Positions 50,076 to 61,803 of a DNA stretch of 64,000 nucleotides are shown one piece after another (position 1 is the first letter of the stretch; every line of letters starts with the position of its first letter). The notes below the pieces were generated by a model. It had not been told where the DNA came from and made no database searches. It worked only from the letters and a program-made list of their open reading frames with translations. This DNA is from an uncultured Verrucomicrobiae bacterium (GTDB taxonomy: Bacteria > Verrucomicrobiota > Verrucomicrobiia > Palsa-1439): NCBI GenBank assembly GCA_963812605.1, contig CAWEWF010000006.1, positions 224,001 to 288,000 on the forward strand, written 5' to 3'. A program made the translations under genes and the position numbers.

Positions 50076-50824
50076 GGCGGCACGCGGGCCCCGTGCCCTA
50101 CAATTCGGAGAGGAGTGCGCGGTCGGGCCCCGAAAGCCTTCGGGGTAAAAGTCTGGTGCACAACACAGAGGCGGGGAGAATCGCGGCGGAATGTCGCTCC
50201 CACCGAAGCCGGGAGATCGGCGATCAGCGGGGCCGCAAACGACAAAGCTGCGACGAGTCGCAGCACTCCAAAGAGCGGGCGGGACGAGCGCCCCACTATG
50301 CGGAGCGGGTTGATTAAAGCTCTGTACATCGGATTCCGATAATGGTATGATCGGAGGGATGAGCGTTTGCGACGAAAAGATATGAACGCGATGGCAGCGG
50401 GTTGCGGGCGGTAGCCTACTTCGCGAGGACGCTGCGAAGGCCAAGCTTGGCCCCCCTATACGTTTCTGCGAAACGAACCCACCGTTTTTGGGAGGAATTT
50501 TTGATGCAACATATTATTTGGCAAATTGTTATGGAAAAAATTGATGTGAAATTTCGGTGGGTTCGTTTTGGAAAACGAACCCACCGGGAGGTTTTGAAGA
50601 TGCTGAAGAGGATGGTTTCCATGCGAATCCGGCGGTCAACGCGGCCGGATGCGGCTCATAGAGCCGCGGCTACACGGTTGATTTCCAGGCAAAGCGGCGG
50701 TCGATACAACCACAGGCAGGGACGCCTGTGCCACCGGGGCAGCGGGTTTCTCAGCGACAGAGCGGCCGCTACAAAAAAAGAGTGCTGGGCGAATCTACGG
50801 TGCGCCCGGCGGTCGCGCCCTACC
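50076..50824. repeat. Co-oriented array of heterologous REP-like palindromes, containing AAACGAACCC element copy 2 (50463-50586)
   Basis: About nine units, some degenerate, ending in CTAC/CCAC/CTCC. Confidence 0.8.
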
Positions 50825-50888
50825 CTTCAAGTGGACAAGCGGGGGTTTTGATTGAAATACTTCCCTTTATGCGGTAGAAAGGGAGTGA

Positions 50889-52146
50889 ATGAGTGAGCCA
50901 ATTGTAGCGGAAGTGCCTAAACCGAAGCGCGTTAACCTGCGTCGGCCCGATATCATGGAGGCCGTGCGCGAGGAAGTGGAGCTGCATTATCGCAGCCAGA
51001 TCGTCGAAAAGCTGCGCCAGCGCGGCGGCGAACTGGAGGCGGGCGGGCTGAAGGTGCGCCTGGCGAAGGAATTCGGGTTCTGCTACGGCGTGGAGCGGGC
51101 CATCGACCTGGCGTACGCGGCGCGCAAGGTGTTCCCCAACCAGCCGATCTACATTCTCGGCGAGATCATCCACAATCCCGAGGTCAACGAGCAACTCGTC
51201 GCGATGAGCATCAAGTTTCTCTCGGGCCCGATCAAGAGCGCGAGCATCGACGACCTCAAGGAAGACGACGTGGTGATCATCCCCGCGTTCGGCGCGGAAG
51301 TGGCGACGATGGACAAGTTGAAGGCGAAGGGTTGCCAGCTCGTGGACACGACCTGCGGCGACGTGATGAGCGTCTGGAAACGCGTCACGCAAAACGCGAA
51401 GGAAAGTTTCACCTCGATCATCCACGGCAAATCCAAGCACGAGGAAACGAAGGCGACCAGTTCGCGCGCCACGTCGAACAACGCGGGCCATTATCTCGTG
51501 GTGCTGAACATCGCGGAGACCGATTACGTTTGCGACTACATCCGCCACAACGGCAACAAGGCGGAATTCCTGGCGAAATTCGCCGGCGCGATGTCGCCGG
51601 AGTTCGATCCCGACCTGCATCTGGCTTCCATCGGCGTGGCCAACCAGACGACGATGTTGCGCAGCGAGACCGAGGAGATCCAGCGGCGGTTGCGGCGGGC
51701 GATGGTTGACCGCTACGGCGAGGCGGAGATCGACCGCCATTACCGGATGTTCGACACGATCTGCGGCGCCACGCAGGAGCGGCAGGACGCATTGATCCAA
51801 CTGTTGCAAGAGCCGCTCGACATGATGATCGTTGTTGGCGGGTACAATTCCAGCAACACCTCGCACCTCGCCGAAATGAGCGAGGAACGCATGCCCACTT
51901 TCTTCATCCGCAACGCCAGCAAGATTCTCTCGGACAAGGCGATTCTTGCATTTCAACCTGCACAAGCAGGAGGAAGTGCTGGCCGAGAACTGGCTGCCGG
52001 CCGGCAAGCTCTACGTCGGCATCACCGCCGGCGCGTCCTGTCCGAATAATTTGATCGATGATACCGTCCGCCGGCTGTTTGACCTGCGCGGCGTCAACGT
52101 GGATGGCATGATCGCCGCCAGTGAAGCCGCCGCGCCGAATTCGTGA
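50889..52146 (+). CDS. ispH: 4-hydroxy-3-methylbut-2-enyl diphosphate reductase (frameshift near 51950)
   Basis: GFCYGVERA, IIHNP, DTTC, NQTT, TICGATQERQ, SSNT; GITAGASCP in next frame. Confidence 0.95.
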
Positions 52147-52217
52147 TGGTCTCCATGTCTCCCGCGCTGATCTTTCAACGCATGGCATCCAGAATGCTGA
52201 AGCGAACGTGAAATCCC

Positions 52218-54417
52218 ATGGACAAAACCCCTTTTAAATTCCGTTCGACCTCGATGGCGGACATCGAACTGCCCAAGGAAGTCTCGGGGCTGCGCGAACT
52301 CGCGTACAACTTGTGGTGGACGTGGAATCCGCACGCGCGCCGCATGTTCGCGCACATCCAACCCGGGCTGTGGGCGATCTATCGCAACCCGGTCGAGTTG
52401 CTGATCAACATCGAGCCGACCCACTGGGAAACGCTGCTGGAGGACGAGGTGTTCCTCAGCATGTACAAGTCCGTGCTGCGCGAATTCGAGACGTACATGA
52501 AATCGCTCAACGATGCCTGGTTCGCCAAGAACCACCCCGGCTACCAGGGCGGTCCGTTCGTTTATTTTTCGACTGAATTCGGCTTTCACGAATGCCTGCG
52601 CACTTATTCCGGCGGCCTCGGCGTGCTCTCCGGCGATCACTGCAAGTCCGCCAGCGACCTCGGCATCCCGTTCATCGGCATCGGCCCGCTTTATAAACAC
52701 GGGTACTTCGAACAGGAGATCGAGCCCGACGGACGCCAGCAACATTTCTATCCGTCGTATGATTTTTCGCGCCTGCCCATCCAGCCCTTGCTCGGCGACA
52801 ATGGCCGCCATCTCACGATCAGCGTCGATTTCCCCGACCGCGTCGTATACGCCCGCGTCTGGCTGGCGCAAGTCGGCCGCGTGCCGGTGCTGCTGCTGGA
52901 CACCGATACGAACCGGAATAATCCCGCCGACCGCGCGATCACGGGCCAGCTTTATGTCAGCGGACGGGAGATGCGAATCTGCCAGGAAATCGTCATCGGC
53001 GTCGGCGGCGTGCGCGCGTTGCAGGCGCTCGGCATCGAGCCCGCCTGTTGGCACATGAATGAAGGCCACTGCGCGTTCCTCGGGCTTGAACGCGTTCGCA
53101 ATGCCGTCAAGGGCGGCGCGAGTTTCGCCGACGCATGCAAGCAAGTCGCCAAAAACGCTATTTTTACGACCCACACGCCTGTGCCGGCTGGCAATGAAGC
53201 TTTCGATACCGGATTGATCCGCAAGTACTACAAGAATTATTGCGAAGAGATCAATATCACGCTGGATCAGCTCATTGACCTCGGTCTTTCCAATCCCGAC
53301 CAGGGAAATCAGCCCTTCAGCCTGACCGTGCTCGCGCTGCATCTCTCGACTTTCTGCAACGGGGTCAGCCAGCTTCACGGCCACGTCAGTAACGATATGT
53401 GGCGGCACATTTTTAAGGACCTGAAACCCGGCCAGAATCGGATTCAGGCCATCACCAACGGCATTCATACGTTCACGTGGATGGGCTACCAGATGGCCGA
53501 GCTTTACGACAAGTATCTCACCCCGGCCTGGCGCGAGAATCTGATGGACGAACTCTTCTGGAAGCGGGGCGTGGCCAAGATTCCCGACAAGGAGTTGTGG
53601 GACGTCCACAACCTGCAAAAGGAAAGTTTGATCCGTTTCACCCGCAGTCGCGAACGCGCCCATCTGGCCCGTCACGGCGCCTCGCCTGACGACCTGCGGA
53701 GCGTCGAGGAGTTGCTGGATCCGCAGGCGCTCACCATTGGTTTTGCCCGTCGCTTCGCCACTTACAAACGCGCAGATTTGTTGTTCCGCGATTTTGATCG
53801 CCTGCGCGCGATCCTCAAGAACCCCGAGCGCCCGGTCCAGATTATTTTCGCCGGCAAGGCGCATCCGGCGGACAAGCCGGGCCAGGAATTGATTCGCCGG
53901 ATTTTCGACATCTCGCGGCACACGGATTTGCACGGCCATATCGTCTTCGTCGAGAATTACAATATGCGCGTCGCGCGCATGCTCGTGCAGGGCGTGGAAG
54001 TTTGGCTCAACAACCCGCGCCGTCCCCACGAAGCGAGCGGCACCAGTGGCATGAAAGCGCCGGTCAATGGCGGCATCAATTTCTCCGTCGCCGACGGTTG
54101 GTGGTGCGAAGTGCAGAATCCCGACGCGGGTTGGACCATCGGCAAAGCCCGAGGAAAACCCCAATCCTGATGCGCAGGACCACGAGGACAGCGAGTCGTT
54201 CTACGACATTCTCGAAGAAAAAATCGTCCCGCTCTTTTATGAGCGCGATGCCAACGATTTGCCGGTCGATTGGATCAAAATGATGAAGGCCTCAATCGCC
54301 GCCGTCACTCCGCGGTTCTCCACCGCGCGCATGGTGCGCGACTACACGGAACAAGCCTACCTGCCGGCGGCGAAACGCGGCGGCGCGGTCACGACGGCGG
54401 CGGAACAGACCTGGTAG
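52218..54417 (+). CDS. glgP: Alpha-glucan phosphorylase (frameshift near 54145)
   Basis: YSGGLGVL, HMNEGH, ARRFATYKR, EASGTSGMK. Confidence 0.95.
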
Positions 54418-55654
54418 CGACCGCTGTCGCCGGACGCGAATTGAGAGTTTCCACGACGAAGAATGCGCCGAGAAGCAACAACCCGTACAGTGGAATATAG
54501 CTGACGGCAAACTCCAGCCACGGGCTCCGCCAGTCGCCCATCAGATTCAACATTACGAGCGAAATGACGAGAGTGGCAATCCGCCCTGACGTTGGCCGCC
54601 GAGCGACGCGCGCCACGGCCACCGCGACCGGAAAAATCAGCAGGACAAAGTAATGGCCCCACGCCTCCGAGATTCCGGCCAGCATTGCGGCGCTTAATAA
54701 ACAGAACTCGGACTCAAGATCCGCGCCTGTCCCGTTCCGCCCGTTCTTCCAGCAGATACGATACACGAGGGCGATGAGTGCCAGGCCAACGATGGAGCCG
54801 ACACTGGTCCACGCGCGCAATTCGTTCCACTCGGGATTGAAACCGTGAAGCGCCCACGCCGCATTCTTCACGAAGGATGGCACGGTAAAATTGAAGTGCC
54901 GTTGCCACACGATCCAGTCCTCCACCGCCTTCACCCCTTGCGTCCAGAATTGCTGCCAATGCCCCACACCGCTGGCCAGGACCAGCGCCACGCTCCACGC
55001 CAGGACCGCGGCCGCGCATTTCCCGCGTGTGTTCCATTCGCGCGAGGAGCGCCACAGAAACCATGGAACCAGCACGACCGGAAAAAGTTTGAGTCCCGTC
55101 GCGGTCGTCACCGCCAGGCAGGCGCTTACGGGCCGGCCGTTCCGCAGACACGCGTATGCCAAGAGAAGGATCGCGGCGATCAGCAACTGCGATTGCGAAA
55201 AGAAGAAATGCCAATAGACTGGCGCTGAGGCAATCGCGGCCCCGCACACCAGCCAGCGCGCCGGCAGCGAAAGCTGGTTGCCCAACAGCCGCCATGTAAG
55301 GGCCAACACACAACCCAGGCTGAAAATCTCCAGCACCACCCAGGCCCAAAATGCCGCAGCCGGTGACAGCCGGGCAAAAGGCGCGAAGAGCGCGACAAGC
55401 AGCGGCGGATTTGTGGCCGTCGGGATCGGGTGCGTATAGCGGAATCCCCAGCGTTCGTATTCCGGCTGTAATGGTGTGGAATAGAGATCGGCGCCGGCCA
55501 ACAGCAAGCGGCTGGAGATGTAGTAGTGTGCGAAGTCGTTCCCGTCAGCGCGGGACGGCAAATCGCGAGCAATGTGCCCGGCCCCCAACAGGGCCAGCCC
55601 GAGCGCCAGTATCGTCAGTAGCCGTGAACGCCACTTTCGACCGTTCGTCTCCAT
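54389..55654 (-). CDS. Glycosyltransferase family 87 (DUF2029-like) membrane protein
   Basis: NDFAHYY, NPP, LKLFP, WGHYF; multi-TM. Confidence 0.75.
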   Translation of the reverse strand: METNGRKWRSRLLTILALGLALLGAGHIARDLPSRADGNDFAHYYISSRLLLAGADLYSTPLQPEYERWGFRYTHPIPTATNPPLLVALFAPFARLSPAAAFWAWVVLEIFSLGCVLALTWRLLGNQLSLPARWLVCGAAIASAPVYWHFFFSQSQLLIAAILLLAYACLRNGRPVSACLAVTTATGLKLFPVVLVPWFLWRSSREWNTRGKCAAAVLAWSVALVLASGVGHWQQFWTQGVKAVEDWIVWQRHFNFTVPSFVKNAAWALHGFNPEWNELRAWTSVGSIVGLALIALVYRICWKNGRNGTGADLESEFCLLSAAMLAGISEAWGHYFVLLIFPVAVAVARVARRPTSGRIATLVISLVMLNLMGDWRSPWLEFAVSYIPLYGLLLLGAFFVVETLNSRPATAVATRSVPPPS

Positions 55655-55662
55655 ATTTGATT

Positions 55663-56604
55663 TCAAGACCCGGAAGGTGCAGGCACCAACCAGTAATCCT
55701 TAAGCAAATAATTCCGCCACTCTTCAATCCCGCGCGCCCGGGCTGTTTCGTCGGCTGCGGGATCAAAAGCGACCTGTTTGCCGGTGAGTTTGCGCAGTTT
55801 CTCGTCTGCTTCGCGACGCTGGGACCCGGCGTTCGATGAAAGTTCCCGGACCAGCACCGTGAGGGCCTCGAATTCGACGAACCTCCCCCGGACGCTCTCT
55901 ACGTTCGGCAGGTCCTTCTCGTTAAAACTATCGGCGTTCCGCTGCAATACCGCCGCCACGTCCACCCCGTGCCGCAGGCACATCGTCGCCAGCGAGTACA
56001 AACACGAGTAGCGAAACTTGCCGTTCGACGTCTCGAAAAACAGCTTCGCGATCGGCAACACTTCCGCCTCGCGTCCACTGGTCCCCAGCGCCAGCACGGC
56101 TTGCTCCTGCACGAAATCTGGTGCGCCCAAAAGGGATCGTAGCGGCGGCACCAGTCGCGCATCGTCCACAAATCGCGCGGCAAACGCCGCGGAGCGCTGT
56201 GCGTGCGGCTCTTTGTCCTCCAGCGCGTGGAGCAGTACCGGAACCACGAGATCATTTCCTGCGTCGGGATGCTCGCGAAATTCGGCCTTCTTCAGCGCGT
56301 TTCCCAGCACGATCAAAATCAAATCCCGTGCTTCCGGCGGCAAGGTGTCGTCGCCTGCCTCTCGCAAGCAGGTCGGAACCGCCACGATTCCCATGTCCGC
56401 GACCCACGACAAATTGAGATTGGTGATGGAACCGCGCAGCAGCGTGTCGAGACGCGCGAGCCGATTGCTCTGCAGTTCCGTTGGCTCGGGAAACAATGGC
56501 GCAGCCCTGGCCGACAACGGCGTTGCTACCCTGGGCGACGGATTCTCCGTGCTGCAACCAAGAAGCAGGGATGCCACGAGCAACGGCGCACAGCATTTTC
56601 TCAA
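55663..56604 (-). CDS. HEAT-repeat lipoprotein
   Basis: TTG start overlapping folD stop, LLLGC lipobox, HEAT-like repeats. Confidence 0.65.
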   Translation of the reverse strand: MRKCCAPLLVASLLLGCSTENPSPRVATPLSARAAPLFPEPTELQSNRLARLDTLLRGSITNLNLSWVADMGIVAVPTCLREAGDDTLPPEARDLILIVLGNALKKAEFREHPDAGNDLVVPVLLHALEDKEPHAQRSAAFAARFVDDARLVPPLRSLLGAPDFVQEQAVLALGTSGREAEVLPIAKLFFETSNGKFRYSCLYSLATMCLRHGVDVAAVLQRNADSFNEKDLPNVESVRGRFVEFEALTVLVRELSSNAGSQRREADEKLRKLTGKQVAFDPAADETARARGIEEWRNYLLKDYWLVPAPSGS

Positions 56605-57494
56605 GCGACGCCATGCCTCATCCGTGCGGCGCGAACAGTGTTGTACATGAGCATGGCGATGGTCATCGGGCCAACGCCGCCCGGCACCGGCGTGATGAGC
56701 GAGGCTTTCGGCGCGACCGTGTCGAAAGCCACGTCGCCGACAAGACGGTAACCTTTGTCGGCGGCCCGGTCCTCGATACGGTTGATGCCCACGTCGATAA
56801 CGACAGCGCCGTCGCGCACCATGTCGGCCGTCACAAAGTTTGGCGCTCCAATCGCCGCAATCAAAATGTCGGCGGAACGGCAAATCTCCGCCAGGTTCCG
56901 GCTCCGCGAATGGCAGACCGTGACCGTGGCGTTGGCGTTCGGGGTTTTCTGCGAGAGTATCAGTGACACGGGGCGACCCACAATGCGGCTGCGCCCAAGC
57001 ACCACAACCTGCGCGCCATCGATCTTCACTCCGCTGCGGATGAGGAGCTGGTGAACGCCGGCGGGAGTACAAGGAGCAAAGCCGGTCGGATCGCCCAGCG
57101 CAACTTTGCCGATGTTCAAGGGGTGAAAGCCATCGACATCCTTGCTGGGATCAACCGCCGCGAAAATATCCTCCGCCGAAATCTGCGGCGGCAGGGGGGA
57201 TTGAACAAGGATCCCGTGGATCTCACGCTTGAAATTCAGATCGTTGAGGATCGCGAGCAACTCGCCCTGGCTCGTGGAAGCGGGAAGATTGATACGCTCG
57301 GAGTACAGCCCGAGCCGGGCGCACATCTTGTCCTTCATCGAAACGTAGGCGGCGCTGGCGGGATCTTCACCGACAAGGACAACGGCGAGACCCGGGGTCA
57401 GTCGGTGCTGCTCTTTCAGGCGCGCGATTTCAGCGACAGTCTCGGCGATGATCTGCTCGGCGATAGCCTTGCCGTCGATGAGTTTCCCAGGCAT
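56601..57494 (-). CDS. folD: Methylenetetrahydrofolate dehydrogenase/cyclohydrolase
   Basis: [34 protein letters not shown]. Confidence 0.97.
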   Translation of the reverse strand: MPGKLIDGKAIAEQIIAETVAEIARLKEQHRLTPGLAVVLVGEDPASAAYVSMKDKMCARLGLYSERINLPASTSQGELLAILNDLNFKREIHGILVQSPLPPQISAEDIFAAVDPSKDVDGFHPLNIGKVALGDPTGFAPCTPAGVHQLLIRSGVKIDGAQVVVLGRSRIVGRPVSLILSQKTPNANATVTVCHSRSRNLAEICRSADILIAAIGAPNFVTADMVRDGAVVIDVGINRIEDRAADKGYRLVGDVAFDTVAPKASLITPVPGGVGPMTIAMLMYNTVRAARMRHGVA

Positions 57495-57504
57495 CGTGCG
57501 ACGA

Positions 57505-58410
57505 TTACCAAACCATGTCGATGCGTTCGACGGCAATGACCGGGTAGCGCTCGCCCTTGTGCCAGCGCTGCGTCCCGACCACGCGAACATGTTTGTCCTC
57601 GAACCTCTTTAGATTCGTGTCCGAGGTTTCCAGGTACGCGACCCGAAAACTAAGGCGGTCGACTTCCGCCGTCCGCAACTCGAAGGTTGCCGGCGCATTC
57701 GGCTCATTGACCGCGCCGACATAGCCGTCCTTCACAACGTACGTGACCAGAACGTCCGGGTCGGCGTTGACGATGCTGACGACTGGCGCCGCCGGTGCCG
57801 GCGCTGGTGACACAGCAACGGGCGGTGTCACAACATCCGTCGTACCAGCCGATGGCGCAGGTCCCCGGGGAGCGGCTTCAACGTCCACCAGTTCGGCCGC
57901 GATCCAGCCGCTGCACTCCGGGGTCGGCCGGATTTGCACCCACTCCCCCTTCTTCTCCACCACCTCGACCTTCGTGCCTTTCGTCAACTTCCCAATGTCG
58001 CGGTAGTTGGAGCCCGGGCCACAGCGGACGTTCAGATTCTCGACGTTGGCCGCGCCGTCCGTCAGATGCTTGGCGCTAACGTAACATTTCGCCGTTGGGG
58101 GCAAGGCGATGCGGAACCAATCCATCGGCTTCTCCCGCTCGGTCACCGTCTTGCGCTCCAGCACGTCCACTGATTCGCCTTTATGAAGCTGGGTAATGAC
58201 CTCCGAGCCCATGCTCGGGCGCGAGCGGACGTTACTGTGCTGGCCCTTGACGGTGCCACGGCCGGTTTCGGCGGCCGGGGCAGCGGCCACCGGGGCGGCT
58301 GCGCCGGAATCGGCGCGAACGGCGCACACGACCCAGGGTCCCGCACAGGCGAGCGCGCTAAGGACGAAAAGCTGCCGGCGAAAACTGCGTGAGTTTGTCC
58401 ACTTCCTCAT
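57505..58410 (-). CDS. Secreted SH3-domain protein
   Basis: Two bacterial SH3 units ([15 protein letters not shown]). Confidence 0.8.
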   Translation of the reverse strand: MRKWTNSRSFRRQLFVLSALACAGPWVVCAVRADSGAAAPVAAAPAAETGRGTVKGQHSNVRSRPSMGSEVITQLHKGESVDVLERKTVTEREKPMDWFRIALPPTAKCYVSAKHLTDGAANVENLNVRCGPGSNYRDIGKLTKGTKVEVVEKKGEWVQIRPTPECSGWIAAELVDVEAAPRGPAPSAGTTDVVTPPVAVSPAPAPAAPVVSIVNADPDVLVTYVVKDGYVGAVNEPNAPATFELRTAEVDRLSFRVAYLETSDTNLKRFEDKHVRVVGTQRWHKGERYPVIAVERIDMVW

Positions 58411-59089
58411 GAGTAAGATGCCTCCATTGTGATATTGCCAGATTCCCCAACTCGATTGGGCCGACCGCGAGTCGCACGAGGCGTTTCACGGGGTGCCCAA
58501 CCACTGCCATCATCCTGCGAATTTGTCGTTTCTTTCCTTCGCTGAGAATCACCCGCAGTTCCGTGTCGTGGTCCTGCGCGCATACACCAAAAATTTTTTC
58601 GACGCGCAACAACTCGCCATCACTACGGACGCCCTTGAGCAGGCGTGCGATCTCAGCATTCTTCAGTTCCCCCTCGACCTCCACGAAATAGGTCTTGCGC
58701 ATCTTGTAACGGGGGTGCGTGAGCCGCAAGCTAAAAGTGCCGTCGTTGGTCAGGAACAACAGGCCCTCGGAATCCTTGTCGAGCCGCCCGACGGTGTACA
58801 ATCGCGGGAGCGAACGCGGCAGCAAATCGACCGCCCGCCGGCGGCCATGCGTATCCGAATTGGTGCAGACACAACCGGCGGGTTTATGGAGCGCAATGTA
58901 AATCTTCCGCTCCATGACGACCGGTTTACCGCCCACGCTCACGGAATCGCGTTCGGGATCAATCTTTGTGCCGAGGACACGGCTCGGTTGGCCATTGACT
59001 GAAACCTGGCCGGCCTCGATGAGTTCCTCGCAGCGACGCCGCGAGGCTATGCCCGCTTCCGCAAGATACTTTTGCAGACGGACGAGCAC
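58358..59089 (-). CDS. rluB: rRNA pseudouridine synthase (RsuA/RluB family)
   Basis: RLQKYLAEAGIASRR, VGRLDKDSEGLL, EGKKRQIRRM. Confidence 0.85.
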   Translation of the reverse strand: MLVRLQKYLAEAGIASRRRCEELIEAGQVSVNGQPSRVLGTKIDPERDSVSVGGKPVVMERKIYIALHKPAGCVCTNSDTHGRRRAVDLLPRSLPRLYTVGRLDKDSEGLLFLTNDGTFSLRLTHPRYKMRKTYFVEVEGELKNAEIARLLKGVRSDGELLRVEKIFGVCAQDHDTELRVILSEGKKRQIRRMMAVVGHPVKRLVRLAVGPIELGNLAISQWRHLTHEEVDKLTQFSPAAFRP

Positions 59090-59103
59090 GACGGGATGGC
59101 CGA

Positions 59104-59256
59104 TTACTCAGGTTTGGTTTTGGGCAGGCCAAACACGCGGTCGCCGTCTTTCCAGCGACCCTGCTTCTTGAGGGTCTCAACGCGCTCGAACCGCTTGAGA
59201 ACGTTGCGGCGCGCCTGGATTTTGTTGGCCCCTTTGAGACTTTGATGCTGTGACAT
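59104..59256 (-). CDS. PVC superphylum small basic protein (50 aa), not in ORF track
   Basis: MSQHQSLK...RNVLKRFERV..LKKQGRW...VFGLPKTK matches the Planctomycetes/Verrucomicrobia/Chlamydiae signature protein; GGA SD. Confidence 0.9.
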   Translation of the reverse strand: MSQHQSLKGANKIQARRNVLKRFERVETLKKQGRWKDGDRVFGLPKTKPE

Positions 59257-59271
59257 GATAACTTCCTGAGG

Positions 59272-60261
59272 TTAAGGCTTGGCTGACAGTTTTAGTGCTT
59301 CAATTTTCGCGGCGACTTCATCGCGGTACTGGATAGTTCTACCAGATTGCAGGTATTTTTGAAAGTTCTTTATCGCCTCGGCGGAATTGTTGTTTTCGTA
59401 AAATAGGCCGAGTTTGTAATACACCAGCGCGTAGTCGGGACGTAGTTCCAGCGCCTTGTGATACGAAGTCAACGCCTTGTCGCGTTCTTGAAGTTGTGTG
59501 TAAGCGTCGCCGAGTCCGCTATAGGCAAATACGTACTTCGGGTCCTTTTCGAGCGCCTTTTGGTAGTAAACAACGGAAAGATCCGGCCGCTTTTCCACCA
59601 GATAGGTGTCACCCATGGCGTTGTTGTAATGGGGAACAGTCGGATCGGTATCGATCGCCTTTTGGAGCAGCAGCTTGGCATCCTTGTCGCGTAATTCCTG
59701 CAGATATAGAATGCCAAGACTGTAATAGGCGTCGCCATCCTGCCGTCCCGCTTCCTCCTCCAGTTTCACAAACGTCGCCAGGTGTTGCTCTGCCCCCTTC
59801 AAATCACCATCTTCCTTCAACAGTACGCCGAGGTTGTGATGCGCGCGCCCGTATTTCGGGTTGATGGCCAGCGCCTTCTCATAGGCTTCGCGCCCCTCCT
59901 TCTTGCTGCCGGTCTCGTCGTAAAGCACGCCCATCTGGTTCCACACATCCGCGTCATCCGGCTTGATCTCCAGGTAATGCTTGTACTGGTCGATTGCCCC
60001 GCCCTTTTCCCCGAGCTTCTCGCAGACGACGCCGAGGTTGTAATAGGCGTCGAGATATTTGGGGTAGAGCTTGATCGCCTTTAGGTACTCCTGCTTCGCG
60101 CGCGGCAGCGAACCGGCCTCGACGAATTTGTTCGCGCGCTCGAAGTACTTGGTAGCCTCGCCAATCGCGCCGTTCTCCGGCGCCTCCGCCGCCCGCGCCG
60201 ATGTCAGCGACAGCGCCGCCAGCGCGATTGCGATCACGAATCCTTCAATTGCCCTTTTCAT
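59272..60261 (-). CDS. Secreted TPR-repeat protein
   Basis: Signal peptide, multiple AYYNLG-type TPRs. Confidence 0.88.
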   Translation of the reverse strand: MKRAIEGFVIAIALAALSLTSARAAEAPENGAIGEATKYFERANKFVEAGSLPRAKQEYLKAIKLYPKYLDAYYNLGVVCEKLGEKGGAIDQYKHYLEIKPDDADVWNQMGVLYDETGSKKEGREAYEKALAINPKYGRAHHNLGVLLKEDGDLKGAEQHLATFVKLEEEAGRQDGDAYYSLGILYLQELRDKDAKLLLQKAIDTDPTVPHYNNAMGDTYLVEKRPDLSVVYYQKALEKDPKYVFAYSGLGDAYTQLQERDKALTSYHKALELRPDYALVYYKLGLFYENNNSAEAIKNFQKYLQSGRTIQYRDEVAAKIEALKLSAKP

Positions 60262-61483
60262 TGTTCCCCTCTTTCGCCTTCAGTTTATCCAGGGCCGCCT
60301 GGGCGCTTTTGGCGATGGAATTGCTGGGAAATTCCTGCAACAGCTGCTCCAACCGCGCCCGCCCTTTTTCCTTCTGTCCCACCGCCAACTGGCTCAGGCC
60401 GAGACAATACAGCGCCTTGTCCTTGTCCTTGTATTCCGGCCAGCGTTCCAGCAGCTTTTCGAAACTGTACGTCGCTTGCGCGTATTCGCCGCGCTTGCCG
60501 AGGGCGAACCCCAGCGCAAACATTGCTTTGTCCGTGAACCCGTATTGATTCTGTTCGTCGTGCTCGATAACGTTGCGCAGATGCGGCTCGGCCAAATCCT
60601 CCCGCCCTTCCTCTAAATACGTCTCCGCCACTTTCCAGTTCGCCTGCACGTCCGCCGGGTTCTTCATGGCCAGCCGTCGCGCCTCGCGGAACGTCAACTT
60701 ACTGCGCTTCGCCTCATCCAGCTTGGCGAGCAACTGGTCCTTCTCGACCAATCCCGCCACGCGCGACATTTCGTTGCCTTCGCCATCCAACAACAGGATC
60801 GTCGGCGCGCCGCGCACATCCAGCTTGCGGGCGTCATCACTTTGCTTCGCCGCATCGAGACGCACGCAGACGAATTCCTCCGCCACATCGATGACTGCCT
60901 TGTCGGCCAGCAAACCTTCCTCCAGTTTCTGGCAATACTCCGAATCGCGCAGGAAAAAATAGGCGAGCACCGGCTTCTTCAATTGCTTCGCCTGTTTCTC
61001 CGCGTCCGACAACGACCGCAGCCATTGAATGCTCGACCGCAATTTCGCCAGCGCCTCGGTCGCGGCTTCGCGGACGGAATCCGTCTTGTCGGATGTCTCG
61101 ACCTCCTCCAACCACGGAATGGCCTCGGCCCGCCCGCTGGTCTGCAAAGCCGTCACCGCGGACCACCGCACAATGGAATTGTCGTCCTTCAACGCCGCGT
61201 GCGCGCGCTCCAAATCCTCCGACGTATCACTCACCTGCAGCAAACCAATCACGGCCACCTGGCGTTTCTCGGGACTCGACGAAGCCAGCATCTCGCGAAA
61301 CTGCTTTTCCACCCGCTCGCCGCCGATATGCGTCAGCGCATCCGCCGCATCCGCCCGCTCCTCGTCATTCGTGCTGCCCAGTTGCTTCACCAAATCATCG
61401 ATTCGGTCGGCGCGAACTGTCAGCGCGCCGCACAACAGCAGCATGACCGCCACGACCCATCGTTTCGCGTACGTATAATTCAT
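60245..61483 (-). CDS. Secreted HEAT + thioredoxin-like + TPR protein
   Basis: HEAT repeats, KPVLAYF..SEYC..GAPTI thioredoxin fold, C-terminal TPR. Confidence 0.8.
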   Translation of the reverse strand: MNYTYAKRWVVAVMLLLCGALTVRADRIDDLVKQLGSTNDEERADAADALTHIGGERVEKQFREMLASSSPEKRQVAVIGLLQVSDTSEDLERAHAALKDDNSIVRWSAVTALQTSGRAEAIPWLEEVETSDKTDSVREAATEALAKLRSSIQWLRSLSDAEKQAKQLKKPVLAYFFLRDSEYCQKLEEGLLADKAVIDVAEEFVCVRLDAAKQSDDARKLDVRGAPTILLLDGEGNEMSRVAGLVEKDQLLAKLDEAKRSKLTFREARRLAMKNPADVQANWKVAETYLEEGREDLAEPHLRNVIEHDEQNQYGFTDKAMFALGFALGKRGEYAQATYSFEKLLERWPEYKDKDKALYCLGLSQLAVGQKEKGRARLEQLLQEFPSNSIAKSAQAALDKLKAKEGNNEKGN

Positions 61484-61803
61484 TTGTCCCCCACCGATTC
61501 TCTCAGCCATTTCAAATAATCCCGTTCCCCCGCCGCAAACGGCACGAAAACAATTTCCGGCACATCGTAACTATGCGCGGCCTGGACCTCGCTCGTGACC
61601 TCGCCGATCCTCACCTGCGTTGTCTTGATGAGCAAGAGATATTCGCTCGCGGTCTCCAGTTTCCCCTTCCACCAATAAGTAGACTCCATTCCGCCGATGA
61701 TATTCACGCATGCCGCCAGCTTCTTCTTCAGGATCGCCTTGGAAATTTTCCGCGCCTCCGCGCGCGTCGGACATGTCACCAGCCCCATCACTGCGTTCGT
61801 CAT
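61480..61803 (-). CDS. cutA: Divalent-cation tolerance protein CutA
   Basis: LAACVN, STYWWKG, HSYDVPEI, YLKW. Confidence 0.92.
   Translation of the reverse strand: MTNAVMGLVTCPTRAEARKISKAILKKKLAACVNIIGGMESTYWWKGKLETASEYLLLIKTTQVRIGEVTSEVQAAHSYDVPEIVFVPFAAGERDYLKWLRESVGDK

Noticed and set aside
50889-54417. ispH, glgP and other split genes as true pseudogenes
   Set aside because: All motifs are intact across single-base shifts, including in normally essential genes; long-read indel error is more likely
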